Shown here one piece after another: positions 27,701-39,700 of a stretch of 64,000 bases of DNA. The position numbers were made by a program, and so were the translations under genes. Source of the stretch: Ostrea edulis (taxonomy: Eukaryota); contig NC_079173.1 of assembly GCF_947568905.1 (NCBI RefSeq), positions 29,202,001 to 29,266,000 on the forward strand, given 5' to 3'. Positions within the stretch are counted from its first letter, which is position 1; each line of letters opens with the position of its first letter. Under the pieces are notes generated by a model. The model was not told the origin of the DNA. It saw only the letters and a list, made by a program, of their open reading frames with translations, and did not search any database.

Positions 27701-30700
27701 AATAAGAGCGCATTGAACAAAGTGTACCTGATGGAGTCACGCTTGGTGTAACAGATGGAGTTGGTGTGGCACTTGGTGTTGCAGATGGAGTCACGCTAGG
27801 AGTGACTGATGGTGTAGGTGTAACGCTGGGTGTAACACTTGGTGTTGCAGATGGAGTCACGCTGGGTGTAACACTTGGTGTAACAGAAGGTGTGACACTT
27901 GGTGTAACTGATGGTGTGACACTTGGAGTAACCGATGGTGTGACACTTGGTGTAACTGATGGTGTGACGCTTGGTGTGACACTTGGAGTAACCGATGGTG
28001 TGACACTTGGTGTAACCGATGGTGTTGGTGTAACGCTTGGTGTGACACTTGGAGTAACCGATGGTGTGACACTTGGTGTGACAGATGGTGTTGGTGTAAC
28101 GCTTGGTGTGGCTTTTTATTGAAGAAAAGAGATATACAGCATTAACTAACTATTAATTGGACGAATAATGCCATTTGATATTTTGTTTTTCACGGTTAAA
28201 GTGAAAGAGACATATAGGGTAAGGTGTACACCAGTAAAAGAAGAAGTCATATGAAAAAGAAACCATTCCAACTTTACTCATGATTTCTTCTTCGTAATAA
28301 ACAGAACAATGTACACCATATTTTATCAAGGAAAGTGAAAAGTGAAGATAAGGAACAGTGGAACTGTAATCAATCTCGTAACTCCTATAAAGAATACAAA
28401 TTACACAGTTGGACAAAAAGGGATATCGGGCACACCAGAGGTGGAATGATGTACATAGGAGGAGTAAGCATCCTCTAACGACAGCTCACAACCCCCAATG
28501 AGACATATAGTTTGATCAGGTAAATGGATTTATCGGTAGTCAAAATCACTGTGTTAAGAACGGTCTAACAATCAATATTAAACACGTCAGATAGCATTTG
28601 ACCCAATGATAGTTTGTATTGGCAAACTACATAGTTATAAAGACCGTAGAATTTGGATAGTATATTAACAATGAATCGGAGAGGAACTCTTCTTTACCAA
28701 CTTAATTCAATGGAAAATCTTGTCCCAAACAGATTGGATTTCTTCAAGACATATTTTATCCTCCCTATAAAATGCCTCTCATGCCAAAATGCTATCAGCA
28801 CTAAATGATCCATTTCATTTCGCCACCAATCAATAAATACTCCTTGAAAAAGAATCTTAAACATCCCATTAAATGGACAGTGAATCTTATGGGTCAAGTG
28901 AGTGCAATGTAATAAGAACGCGTTGAACAAAGAATACCTGATGGAGTCACGCTTGGTGTAACACTTGGTGTAACAGATGGAGTTGGTGTGGCACTTGGTG
29001 TTACATATGGAGTCACGCTAGGAGTTACTGATGGTGTAGGTGTAACGCTGGGTGTAACACTTGGTGTAACAGATGGAGTCACGCTGGGTGTAACACTTGG
29101 TGTAACTGATGGTGTGACACTTGGAGTAACCGATGGTGTGACACTTGGTGTAACTGATGGTGTGATGCTTGGTGTGACACTTGGAGTAACCGATGGTGTG
29201 ACACTTGGTGTAACCGATGGTGTTGGTGTAACGCTTGGTGTGCCTTTTTATTGAAGAAAAGAGATATACAGCATGAACTTACTATTAATTAGACGAATAA
29301 TGCCATTTGATATTTTGTTTTTCACGGTTAAAGTGAAAGAGACATATAGGGTGAGATGTACACCAGTGAAAGAAAAAGTCATACTATAAAAAAACCATTC
29401 CAACTTTACTCATGATTTATTCCTCGTATTAAACAGAACAATGTACACCATATTTTATCAAGCAAAGTGAAAGGTGAAGATAACAAACAGTGGAACTGTA
29501 ATCAATCTCGTAACTCCTATAAGGAATACAAATTACACAGTTGGACAAAAAGGGATATCGGGCACACCAGATGTGGAATGATGTACAGAGAAGGAGTAAG
29601 CATCCTCTACCGACCGCTTACACACCCAATGAGACATATAGTTTGATCAGGTGAATGGATTTATGCGTAGTCAAAACCACTGTGTTAAGAACGGCCTAAC
29701 AATCAATATTAAACACGTCAGATAGCATTTGACCCAATGACAGTTTGTATTGGCAAACTACATAGTTATAAAGACCATAAAATTTGTATAGTATATTAAC
29801 AATGAATCGGAAAGGAACTCTTCTTTACCAACTTAATTCAATGGAAAATCTTGTCCCAAACAGATTGGATTTCTTCAAGACATATTTTATCCTCCCTACT
29901 AAAATGCCTCTCATGCCAAAATGCTATCAGCACTAAATGATCCATTTCATTTCGCCACCAATCAATAAATACTCTTTGAAAAAGAATCTTAACATCCCAT
30001 CAAATGGACAGTGAATCTTATGGGTCAAGTGAGTGCAATGTAATAAGAGAGCATTGAACAAAGTGTACCTGATGGAGTCACGCTTGGTGTAACACTTGGC
30101 GTAACAGATGGAGTCACACTGGGTGTAACACTTGGTGTAACAGAAGGTGTGACACTTGGTGTGACACTTGGAGTAACCGATGGTGTGACACTTGGTGTAA
30201 CCGATGGTGTTGGTGTAACGCTTGGTGTGACACTTGGAGTAACCGATGGAGTTGGTGTGGCACTTGGTGTTGCAGATGGAGTCACGCTAGGAGTGACTGA
30301 TGGTGTAGGTGTAACACTGGGTGTAACACTTGGTGTAACAGATGGGGTCACGCTGGGTGTAACACTTGGTGTAACTGATGGTGTGACACTTGGAGTAACT
30401 GATGGTGTGACACTTGGAGTAACTGATGGTGTGACACTTGGTGTGACACTTGGTGTAACTGATGGTGTGACGCTTGGTGTGACATTAGGAGTAACCGATG
30501 GTGTGACACTAGGAGTAACCGATGGTGTGACACTTGGTGTAACCGATGGTGTTGGTGTAACGCTTGGTGTGACACTAGGAGTAACCGATGGTGTGACACT
30601 AGGAGTAACCGATGGTGTGACACTTGGTGTAACCGATGGTGTTGGTGTAACGCTTGGTGTGACACTTGGAGTAACCGATGGTGTGACACTTGGTGTGACA

Positions 30701-33700
30701 GATGGTGTTGGTGTAACGCTTGGTGTGCCTTTTTATTGAAGAAAAGAGATATACAGCATGAACTTACTATTAATTGGAGGAATAATGCCATTTGATATTT
30801 TGTTTTTCACGGTTAAAGTGAAAGAGACATATATGGTAAGATGTACTCCAGTGAAAGAAGAAGTCATATTCAAAAGAAACCATTCCAACTTTACACATGA
30901 TTTCTTCCTCGTAATAAACAGAACAATGTACACCATATTTTATCAAGCAAAGTGAAAAGTTAGGATAACGAACAGTGGAACTGTAATCAATCTCGAACTC
31001 CTATAAAGAATACAAATTACACTGTTGGACAAAAAGGGATATCGGGCACACCAGAGGTGGAATAATGTACATAGGAGGAGTAAGCATCCTCTACCGACAG
31101 CTCACAACCCCCAATGAGACATATAGTTTGTTCAGGTAAATGGATTTATCGGTAGTCAAAATCACTGTGTTAAGAACGGTCTAACAATCAATATTAAACA
31201 CGTCAGATAGCATTTGACCCAATGATAGTTTGTATTGGCAAACTACATAGTTATAAAGACCGTAGAATTTGGATAGTATATTAACAATGAATCGGAGAGG
31301 AACTCTTCTTTACCAACTTAATTCAATGGAAAATCTTGCCCCAAACAGATTGGATTTCTTCAAGACATATTTTATCCTCCCTACTAAAATGCCTCTCATG
31401 CCAAAATGCTATCAGCACTAAATGATCCATTTCATTTCGCCACCAATCAATAAATACTCCTTGAAAAAGAATCTTAAACATCCCATTAAATGGACAGTGA
31501 ATCTTATGGGTCAAGTGAGTGCAATGTAATAAGAGCGCGTTGAACAAAGAGTACCTGATGGAGTCACGCTAGGAGTTACTGATGGCGTAGGTGTAACGCT
31601 GGGTGTAACACTTGGTGTAACAGATGGAGTCACGCTGGGTGTAACACTTGGTGTAACTGATGGTGTGACACTTGGAGTAACCGATGGTGTGACACTTGGT
31701 GTTACTGATGGTGTGACGCTTGGTGTAACCGATGGTGTTGGTGTAACGCTTGGTGTGCCTTTTTATTGAAGAAAAGAGATATACAGCATTAACTTACTAT
31801 TAATTGGACGAATAATGCCATTTGATATTTTGTTTTTCACGGTTAAAGTGAAAGAGACATATAGGGAAGATGTACACCAGTGAAAGAAGTCATATTATAA
31901 AGAAACCATTCCAACTGTACTCATGATTTCTTCCTCGTAATAAACAGAACAATCTACACCATATTTTATCAAGGAAAGTGAAAGGTGAAGATAACAAACA
32001 GTGGAACTGTAATCAATCTCGTAACTCCTATAAGGAATACAAATTACACAGTTGCACAGAAAGGGATATCGGGCACACCAGAGGTGGAATGATGTACATA
32101 GGAGGAGTAACCATCCTCTAACGACCGCTCACAACCCCCAAAGGTGTGACACTTGGAGTAATTGATGGAGTCACGCTTGGTGTAGCAGATGGTGTGACAC
32201 TTGGTGTAACTGATGGTGTGACGCTAGGTGTGAAACTTGGAGTAACCGATGGTGTGACACTTGGTGTAACTGAGGGTGTGACACTTGGTGTTACAGATGG
32301 TGTTGGTGTGACGCTTGGTGTAACAGATGGATTCACGCTGGGAGTAACACTTGGAGTAACAGATGATGTGACACTTGGAGTAACCGATGGTGTGACACTT
32401 GGTGTAACTGATGGTGTGACGCTTGGTGTGACACTAGTAGTAACCGATGGTGTGACACTTGGTGTAACCGATGGTGTTGGTGTAACGCTTGGTGTGACAC
32501 TTGGAGTAACCGATGGTGTTACACTTGGTGTGACAGATGGTGTTGGTGTAACGTTTGGTGTGATACTTGGAGTACCAGATGGGGTAACGCTAGGTGTAAC
32601 AGATGGTGGTGGTGTGACACTTGGTGTAACTGACGGTGAGGTACTTGGAGTACCTGATGGTGTGACGCTTGGTGTGAAACTTACAGTAACTGATGGTGTG
32701 ACGCTTGGTGTGACACTTGGAGTAACCGATGGTGTGCCACTTGGTGTAACAGATGATGTGACGCTTGGCGTAACCGATCGTGTTGGTGTAACGCTTGGTG
32801 TGACACTTGTAGTAACCGATGGTGTTACACTTGGTGTAACTGATGGTGTGACACTTGGTGTGACACTAGGAGTAACCGATTGTGTGACACTTGGTGTGAC
32901 AGATGGTGTTGGTGTGACACTTGTGGCTAGTTGTTGATGAAAGATACATAGAGCATTAACTCACTAATAATTGGATGAATACAATGTAATACCATATGAT
33001 ATTTTCTTTTCCACGGTTAAAGTGAAAGAGAGATAGAGGGTATGATGTACACCGGGACAGAAGTAGAAGTCATATTATGAAGAATCCATTTCAACTTTAC
33101 ACATGGTTTGTTGCTGGGAATTATCGGCACAATTTACACGATATTTATCAAAGCAAAGTGAAAGGCGAAGAACAGTTGTCAATCTCATAACTCCCATAAG
33201 GAATACAAAATAAACAGTTGGATAAATTGAGATCTCAGACACACCAGAGGTGGGATTAGCTATGAGTCATGTATCTTGATAAGGTAAGCGGAGTTTACCG
33301 TAGTCAAAATCAGTGTGTTAAGAACTGCCTAACAATCGGTATGAAACACGTCAGACATCATTTGACCCGATAGTAAAATGTATTGGTAACCTAGGTCATT
33401 GTAGACACAATAGAATTCGGATTGTGAATTAATTGCAAAGGGTTATTCTTTCCAAACTTAATTGAATGGAAAATATTGCCACAAACAGATCTGATTTATT
33501 GCAGACATTTTTCCTCCTCTCCACTAAAATGCCTCTCTTGCTAAAATGTTATTAATACTAAATGATCCTTTTCATTTTGCAACCAATAAAATATCCGCCT
33601 TGAAAAATAATTCCACAAAAACCATCAAATGGCAAGCGAACCTTGTTGATCAAGTGAGTGCAATGTAATAAAAGCGAATTGAACAAAGTGTACCTGATGG

Positions 33701-36700
33701 AGTCACGCTTGGTGTGACACTAGGAGTAACCGATGGAGTTGGTGTAACGCTTGGTGTGACACTTGGTGTAACAGATGGTGTTGGTGTGACACTTGGTGTG
33801 CCTATTAATTGAGGAAAAGATATATACAGCATCAATTTACTAATAATTGGATGAATAATGCTATTTGATACTTCCTTTTTTAAGTGAAAGTGAAGGAGAA
33901 AGTGTAAGCTTTGAAAGCAGTTGAAATAGTAGTTATCAAAATGTTATCAAGAAGTGAACAGTTCTATTTTGACAAATTTAATAACTACCATTTTGGTCCC
34001 ATACTGATACAAAATATATAACCCTGGGATCATCAAATTTAATATTTTGGTAGATGTCTTTCTGCTCTACATCACGATACGTTTATTATTTCTTATACAT
34101 GTGTGGTTGTAGAGAAGAATATTTTTGAAAATTGGTCAATTTTTGGCAGATTTTACTGGAATGGTAGTTATGAAAAAGTTGAATTTTTTTTATTGTTAAC
34201 ACACGACGGAAGTCGAACGCATACAAATTGCAGTAGGTCAATCGAGTTTACTTAAGTGGCCCAAAACATTCATAAGTATAGAGTACTTACTTTTCGTTGT
34301 CATGGTCGTTGTCGTTGTTGCTGGAAATACGAATTCAAGATATATTTACTAAACAGTGAAATAACATACGTATAGTGAATCATAAATGACAATTTTATAC
34401 ATTACTGTATACAAATCAAACATTATAAACCATTCCAAACAGTGGGAAGTGTGAGGCACAGTCACTTATGATCACTGTGTGAATTAGTTGTGACAGCATG
34501 AATTATCGAGTATGACTCAATATATGTACCTTACCGTTTTATATCAAGAAGTTCCTTTGAATTAGTGCGTAAATAAATCAAACTGAAAACTACCACACAA
34601 TAAATAATAGTTGATGTCAACAGTTCAATGATATTATTCGTCAATATATGTACTATACTAATACAACTAAACAGCAAATTAAAATGCATTATGTCCAGGG
34701 ACCAAACAATGATGTAACGGTGTACATGTTTCAGCGTCTACAATTAAAATGAACTGAATTAAAAATACATTAAACACAGAGGCAAACATATTACAAGGAA
34801 AAGGTAAGGGTTGAGCGAAAAGAAATATCCTGATATTTATAACTGCATATAATATCAAATATCACAACATTAAACTATAAACGGGGAATAAGATTAATTG
34901 CAAACAAATAGTGATTTACAGAATAAACATAAGAATAATTTTCAGAATTTGAGTTTTGGTATTCCAATATGCATACATACCCTTTTCAATACATGCTTCG
35001 ATTCCCAAGTTATTGACAGAAATGCTATCTGTTCCATCTGGTTGTGGTTTGAAGACAATCTCTAATTCTTTGCCTTTCAAGCCCGTGAAGTCTGTCTCAA
35101 CAGTACTCTCCTCACTTGGATTGGTTACGATCTGCAAATGTCATACAAAATGCATACATAAAACGTCTCAAACATGAATGATGAAAATCAATTGCACTCA
35201 AAATTACTCGGGACTACATCGTACCTCTTCCTTTCTCAACTCAGTATCCTCTGGAGTTGTAACAATGAAGGTAACGGTTTGTGTATTTTTGGTGGTCACC
35301 GTGATCTTTCCTATGGGAGATTTATCATCCTTGTCTTTAAAGACAATCCTGATTTTCACCTCCTGGCCGGGCTCGCCAGTTACCGTTCCCAGGGTACCAT
35401 TTAGAGGAGACGAAGTAGGAGACTGATGTTCGTCAACAAAGACCTCTACCAGATCGGGTAATTCGTCTATACCAGCATCGTCCAACATGGGAACAGGACA
35501 GACTGAAAGAAGGAAAAACACAAATCTCTCAACAAGCATTCTTCTTGTACCTCTACTCCATGTCTTCATTTCAAATTTGATCTTTGTAATCTTAGTCAAT
35601 TCCATACAACAATTGCTTTTATTGAGGTGTTCTGCGACACTTGTAGCAATTTGAAACATCTTCAAAGAACAATATCGTTAAACGCAATTTTTGTTGTTCT
35701 TTTAGACATATGCTTACAAGGAAGAAGGTTTGTAGTGTATTCTTCCCATATGTCGGTTTTTATACTTCATATCAAGGGTAATTCTTTTTATATACTCAAC
35801 AAACAAAGAAACGCATATTCAGATTATACATAATAATTTAATTCTTCAGTTTACATTTTATTTTTATTTTTTAAAAGTTTAAATGCAGTAAACGGTCCTA
35901 TGATCAAAATCAAACATGTCTCATGTTGCTGTGTTGAACAGATAGGAATAATATCACAGCTTCTCTCGGTCCATACAAGGTAACAATTTAATGACTGCAT
36001 TACAGTGAGTTTTAATATCGCGTATGTCCTCCGTTTGCATCAATTCCAGACTGAACACGTCTTGTCATAGAGTTAATAAGCTTGTTGATGGTAACCTGAG
36101 AGATATTGTTCCATTCCTGCAACAAGGCCTGCTCTAAATCCTGGATGGTGGTTGGTGGACTGGGACGGCGTCTAACTCATTTATCCAGCTCATCCCATAA
36201 ATGTTCAATTGGATTAAGGTCTGGTGAGAACGCTGGCCATGGAAGAACATCCACGTTGTTCGTCTGCAGAAAATCCGAGCACACCCTTGCCACATGCGGC
36301 CTTGTGTTGTCCTGTTGCAGAGTCAGATTGTGCTGATGGACAAATGGAACAGCCAAAGGAGCAAGAATTTCATCACGATATTTTCGTGCATTCATATTGC
36401 CATGAATTACGTGGAGTGGTGTTCTCCTTCCGTAAGCAATACCTCCCCACACCATTACGTTTCCACCACCAAAGCGATCTCTTTCAATGACACAATAGTC
36501 TGCAAAACGCTCATTCTTCCGGCGATACACACGTGAACGACCATCAGCTCTATACAAGTTGAATTTCGACTCATCTGTGAAGAGAACTTGATGCCATTGT
36601 CGTCGCCTCCAAATTCTAGGGCCATGCTGTCTTAACCAATCCATTCGTCCCTGGTGACGTCTCGGCGTTAGTGGATTTCCAATATATGGACGTCGTGCAC

Positions 36701-39700
36701 GAATTCCAGCTCCTCGCAGTCTGTTACGAACAGTTTGAGCACTTATACGCTGATTTCCTCGTCCAGCAATTGTAGCAGCAGTCTCTACAGCAGTTTTGAA
36801 TCGACTGTACAGGTGTTGAAGGCGGATCTGACGGTCCTGCCTGGGAGTGGTAACCCGCAGACGGACAGTTTTTGGCCTGTCATCTGTGCTTCCCAGCTGG
36901 TGGAGACGAACATTTGACCGCTGCACAGTCGATTGATATACTCCAAATGCAGTTGCAACAACCTGTTGCGTAGCTCCGGCTAGTAGCATCGTTACAACCC
37001 GGTTACGTTCATCTTTGTTTAGGCACGACATTGCACATCAAAGATGCCTCAAAATCTTAATTATGGGTTTGATAGGAGTAGTTGTTGTTTCCCCAAATCC
37101 AAAATATTAATGACAATAGACCCCCGATTTACAAGAAACCGTGCAAAACACTCTTTTTATCAACATGATTAACCAAGCGAAACATTTCGACACTGGCGTT
37201 TGAAAGGGCTATGCTGTTTTAAATAGGCCACAGGTATCCATTGATAGACGTGATAGTTATTCCATGTACTGTTTCAAGATTTCTTTGATGAGTGAAAAAT
37301 ATGCCTTTCTTTTTTTGTTGAGTATATAATGCGTTACAATCACGAGCGGTTTACGGAATACAAATGCCAGAAGGTAGTATCCATGTCACATACCGTAGGG
37401 GCTTCTCGGTGGAAAGGGTGAGATTGTTGATGAGTAGGGTGGACCTGGTGGTGTGGTAGTCGTTGGTGTGGACACAGTAGTTGGTGTACTAACAGCTTCT
37501 GAAAAACAAAAACAGGCATCAAATGTCAAAGTATATCCTCCGGTTTTATTCATTTACGGTGTATGTCAACTCAAAAAGCAATTACCAAAACAATTAAAAC
37601 ACAAATATGGACAAAGAGAAAAGAGACGGAAAGAGACAGACCGACGGACATATCAACAGAAAAGCTGAATATGAGGAAAATAGAGAAATAAAACAGCGGG
37701 TATACCTTTTTCAATACATGCTTCGATTCCCAAGTTATTGACAGAAATGCTTTCTGTTTCCTCTGCTTGTGGTTTGAAGACAATCTCTAATTCTTTGCCT
37801 TCCAAGCCCGTGAAGTCTGTCTCAACAGTACTCTCCTCACTTGGATTGGTTACGATCTGCAAATGTCATACAAAATGCATACATAAAACGTCTCAAACAT
37901 GAATGAAGATAATCATTTGCATTCAAAATCACTCGGGACTACATCGTACCTCTTCCTTTCTCAACTCAGTATCCTCTGGAGTTGTAACAATGAAGGTAAC
38001 GGTTTGTGTATTTTTGGTGGTCACCGTGATCTTTCCTATGGGAGATTTATCATCCTTGTCTTTAAAGACAATCCTGATTTTCACCTCCTGGCCGGGCTCG
38101 CCAGTTACCGTTCCCAGGGTACCATTTAGAGGAGACGAAGTAGGAGACTTATGTTCGTCAACAAAGACCTCTACCAGATCGGGTAATTCGTCTGTACCTG
38201 CATCGTCCAACATGGGAACAGGACAGACTGAAAGAAGGAAAAACTCAAATCTCTCAACAAGCATTCTTCTTCTACCTCTATTCCATTTCTTCATTCCAAA
38301 TTTCATCTTTGTAATCTTAGTCAGTTTCATACAATAATTGCTTTTATTGAGGTGTTCTGCGACACTCGTACAAATTTGAAACATCTTCAAAGATGTCAGA
38401 ATTTGAACACTTTTAAAAAAGCATTTAAAAACACATCTTTTAAGACTTGCATATCACTAGTATTATAGGTGGTTAAATCTTTATGGTTTCTTTACCACCA
38501 TTTTAACATGACCTTTTCCAGTTTATAATTGTATATTCATTTCAACTATTGTATTTTATACCATTTGATTGTGCGGCGTGGAACTTTTTTCATGCATATC
38601 ATGTGTTAGATTTTAGTAATTTTACTTCACATTAATCATGTTTTTCTAGCATTGTTTTGATATTATCTGTCTTAGTGCTATTATAATTTCCTTTCATTCC
38701 GTTTACAACATTCTGTATCATTTTTATTGTGTGCAGCGCTTTAGAGTGGTTATTTATAGTCATATAGGGCGCTATATAAATAAATATTAACATTACTATT
38801 ATTAAAGAACAATATCGCGTAAAACGCAATTTTTGGTGTTCCTTTACACATAAGCTTCTAAGGAGGAAAGTTTATAGTCTATTCTTGCCATACTTCGGGT
38901 TCTGTACTTCATATCAAAGGCAAATTCTTTTTATATAATGCGTTACAATCACCAGCGGTTTATGCAATACAAATGCCAGAAGGTAGTATCCATGTCACAT
39001 ACCGTACGGGCTAGTCGGTGCAGATGGTGAGATTGTTGTTGAGTAGGGTGGACCTGGTGGTGTGGTAGTCGTTGGTGTGGACACAGTAGTTGGTGTACTA
39101 ACAGCTTCTGAAAAACAAAAACATGCATCAAATGTCAAAGTATATCCTCCGGTTTTATTCATTTATGGTGTATGTCAACTCAAAAAGCAATTACCAAGAC
39201 AATTAAAACACTAAATGGACAGAGAGAAAAGAGACGGAAAGAGACAGACCGACGGACATATCAACAGAAAAGCCGAATATGAGGAAAATAGAGAAATAAA
39301 ACAGCGGGTATACCTTTTTCAATACATGCTTCGATTCCCAAGTTATTGACAGAAATGCTTTCTGTTTCCTCTGCTTGTGGTTTGAAGACAATCTCTAATT
39401 CTTTGCCTTCCAAGCCCGTGAAGTCTGTCTCAACAGTACTCTCCTCACTTGGATTGGTTACGATCTGCAAATGTCATACAAAATGCATACATAAAACGTC
39501 TCAAACATGAATGAAGATAATCATTTGCATTCAAAATCACTCGGGAATACATCCTACCTCTTCCTTTCTCAACTCAGTATCTTCTGGAGTGGTAACAATG
39601 AAGGTAACGGTTTGTGTATTTTTGGTGGTCACCGTGATCTTTCCTATGGGAGATTTATCATCCTTGTCTTTAAAGACAATCCTGATTTTCACCTCCCGGC

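Larger units (their letters stand above)
15720..33830. repeat. Tandem array of PTS exon + ~826-bp intron cassettes
   Basis: Eleven near-identical 820-828 bp introns separate variable-length VTPS exons, with one truncated and one diverged intron at the right end. Confidence 0.95.

Noticed and set aside
11474-30791. Alternative minus-frame ORFs (YTKCHTI..., HQVSHH...)
   Set aside because: These are shifted frames of the same repeat, are often interrupted by stops, and are incompatible with the exon phases.
15720-31560. CRISPR-like look of constant segments separated by variable segments
   Set aside because: The constant parts are ~826-bp introns and the variable parts are coding repeats. There are no cas genes and the context is eukaryotic.
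456-32937. Long plus-strand ORFs encoding (GVTLGVTD)n, up to 978 aa
   Set aside because: They are the antisense shadow of the VTPS repeat. Their limits coincide with minus-strand splice sites, and they start at ORF-finder GTG/ATG codons inside the repeat.
35208-35224. Stronger-looking donor (GA|GTAATT or GTGATT) 17 nt downstream of the chosen domain-exon donor
   Set aside because: It is phase 2 and would frameshift against the phase-0 acceptor. GAG|GTACGA keeps the frame in all copies.
35793-37324. Tc1 length (1532 bp) nearly equals the array period (1530 bp)
   Set aside because: There is no sequence relationship and no mechanism linking them, so this is treated as coincidence.
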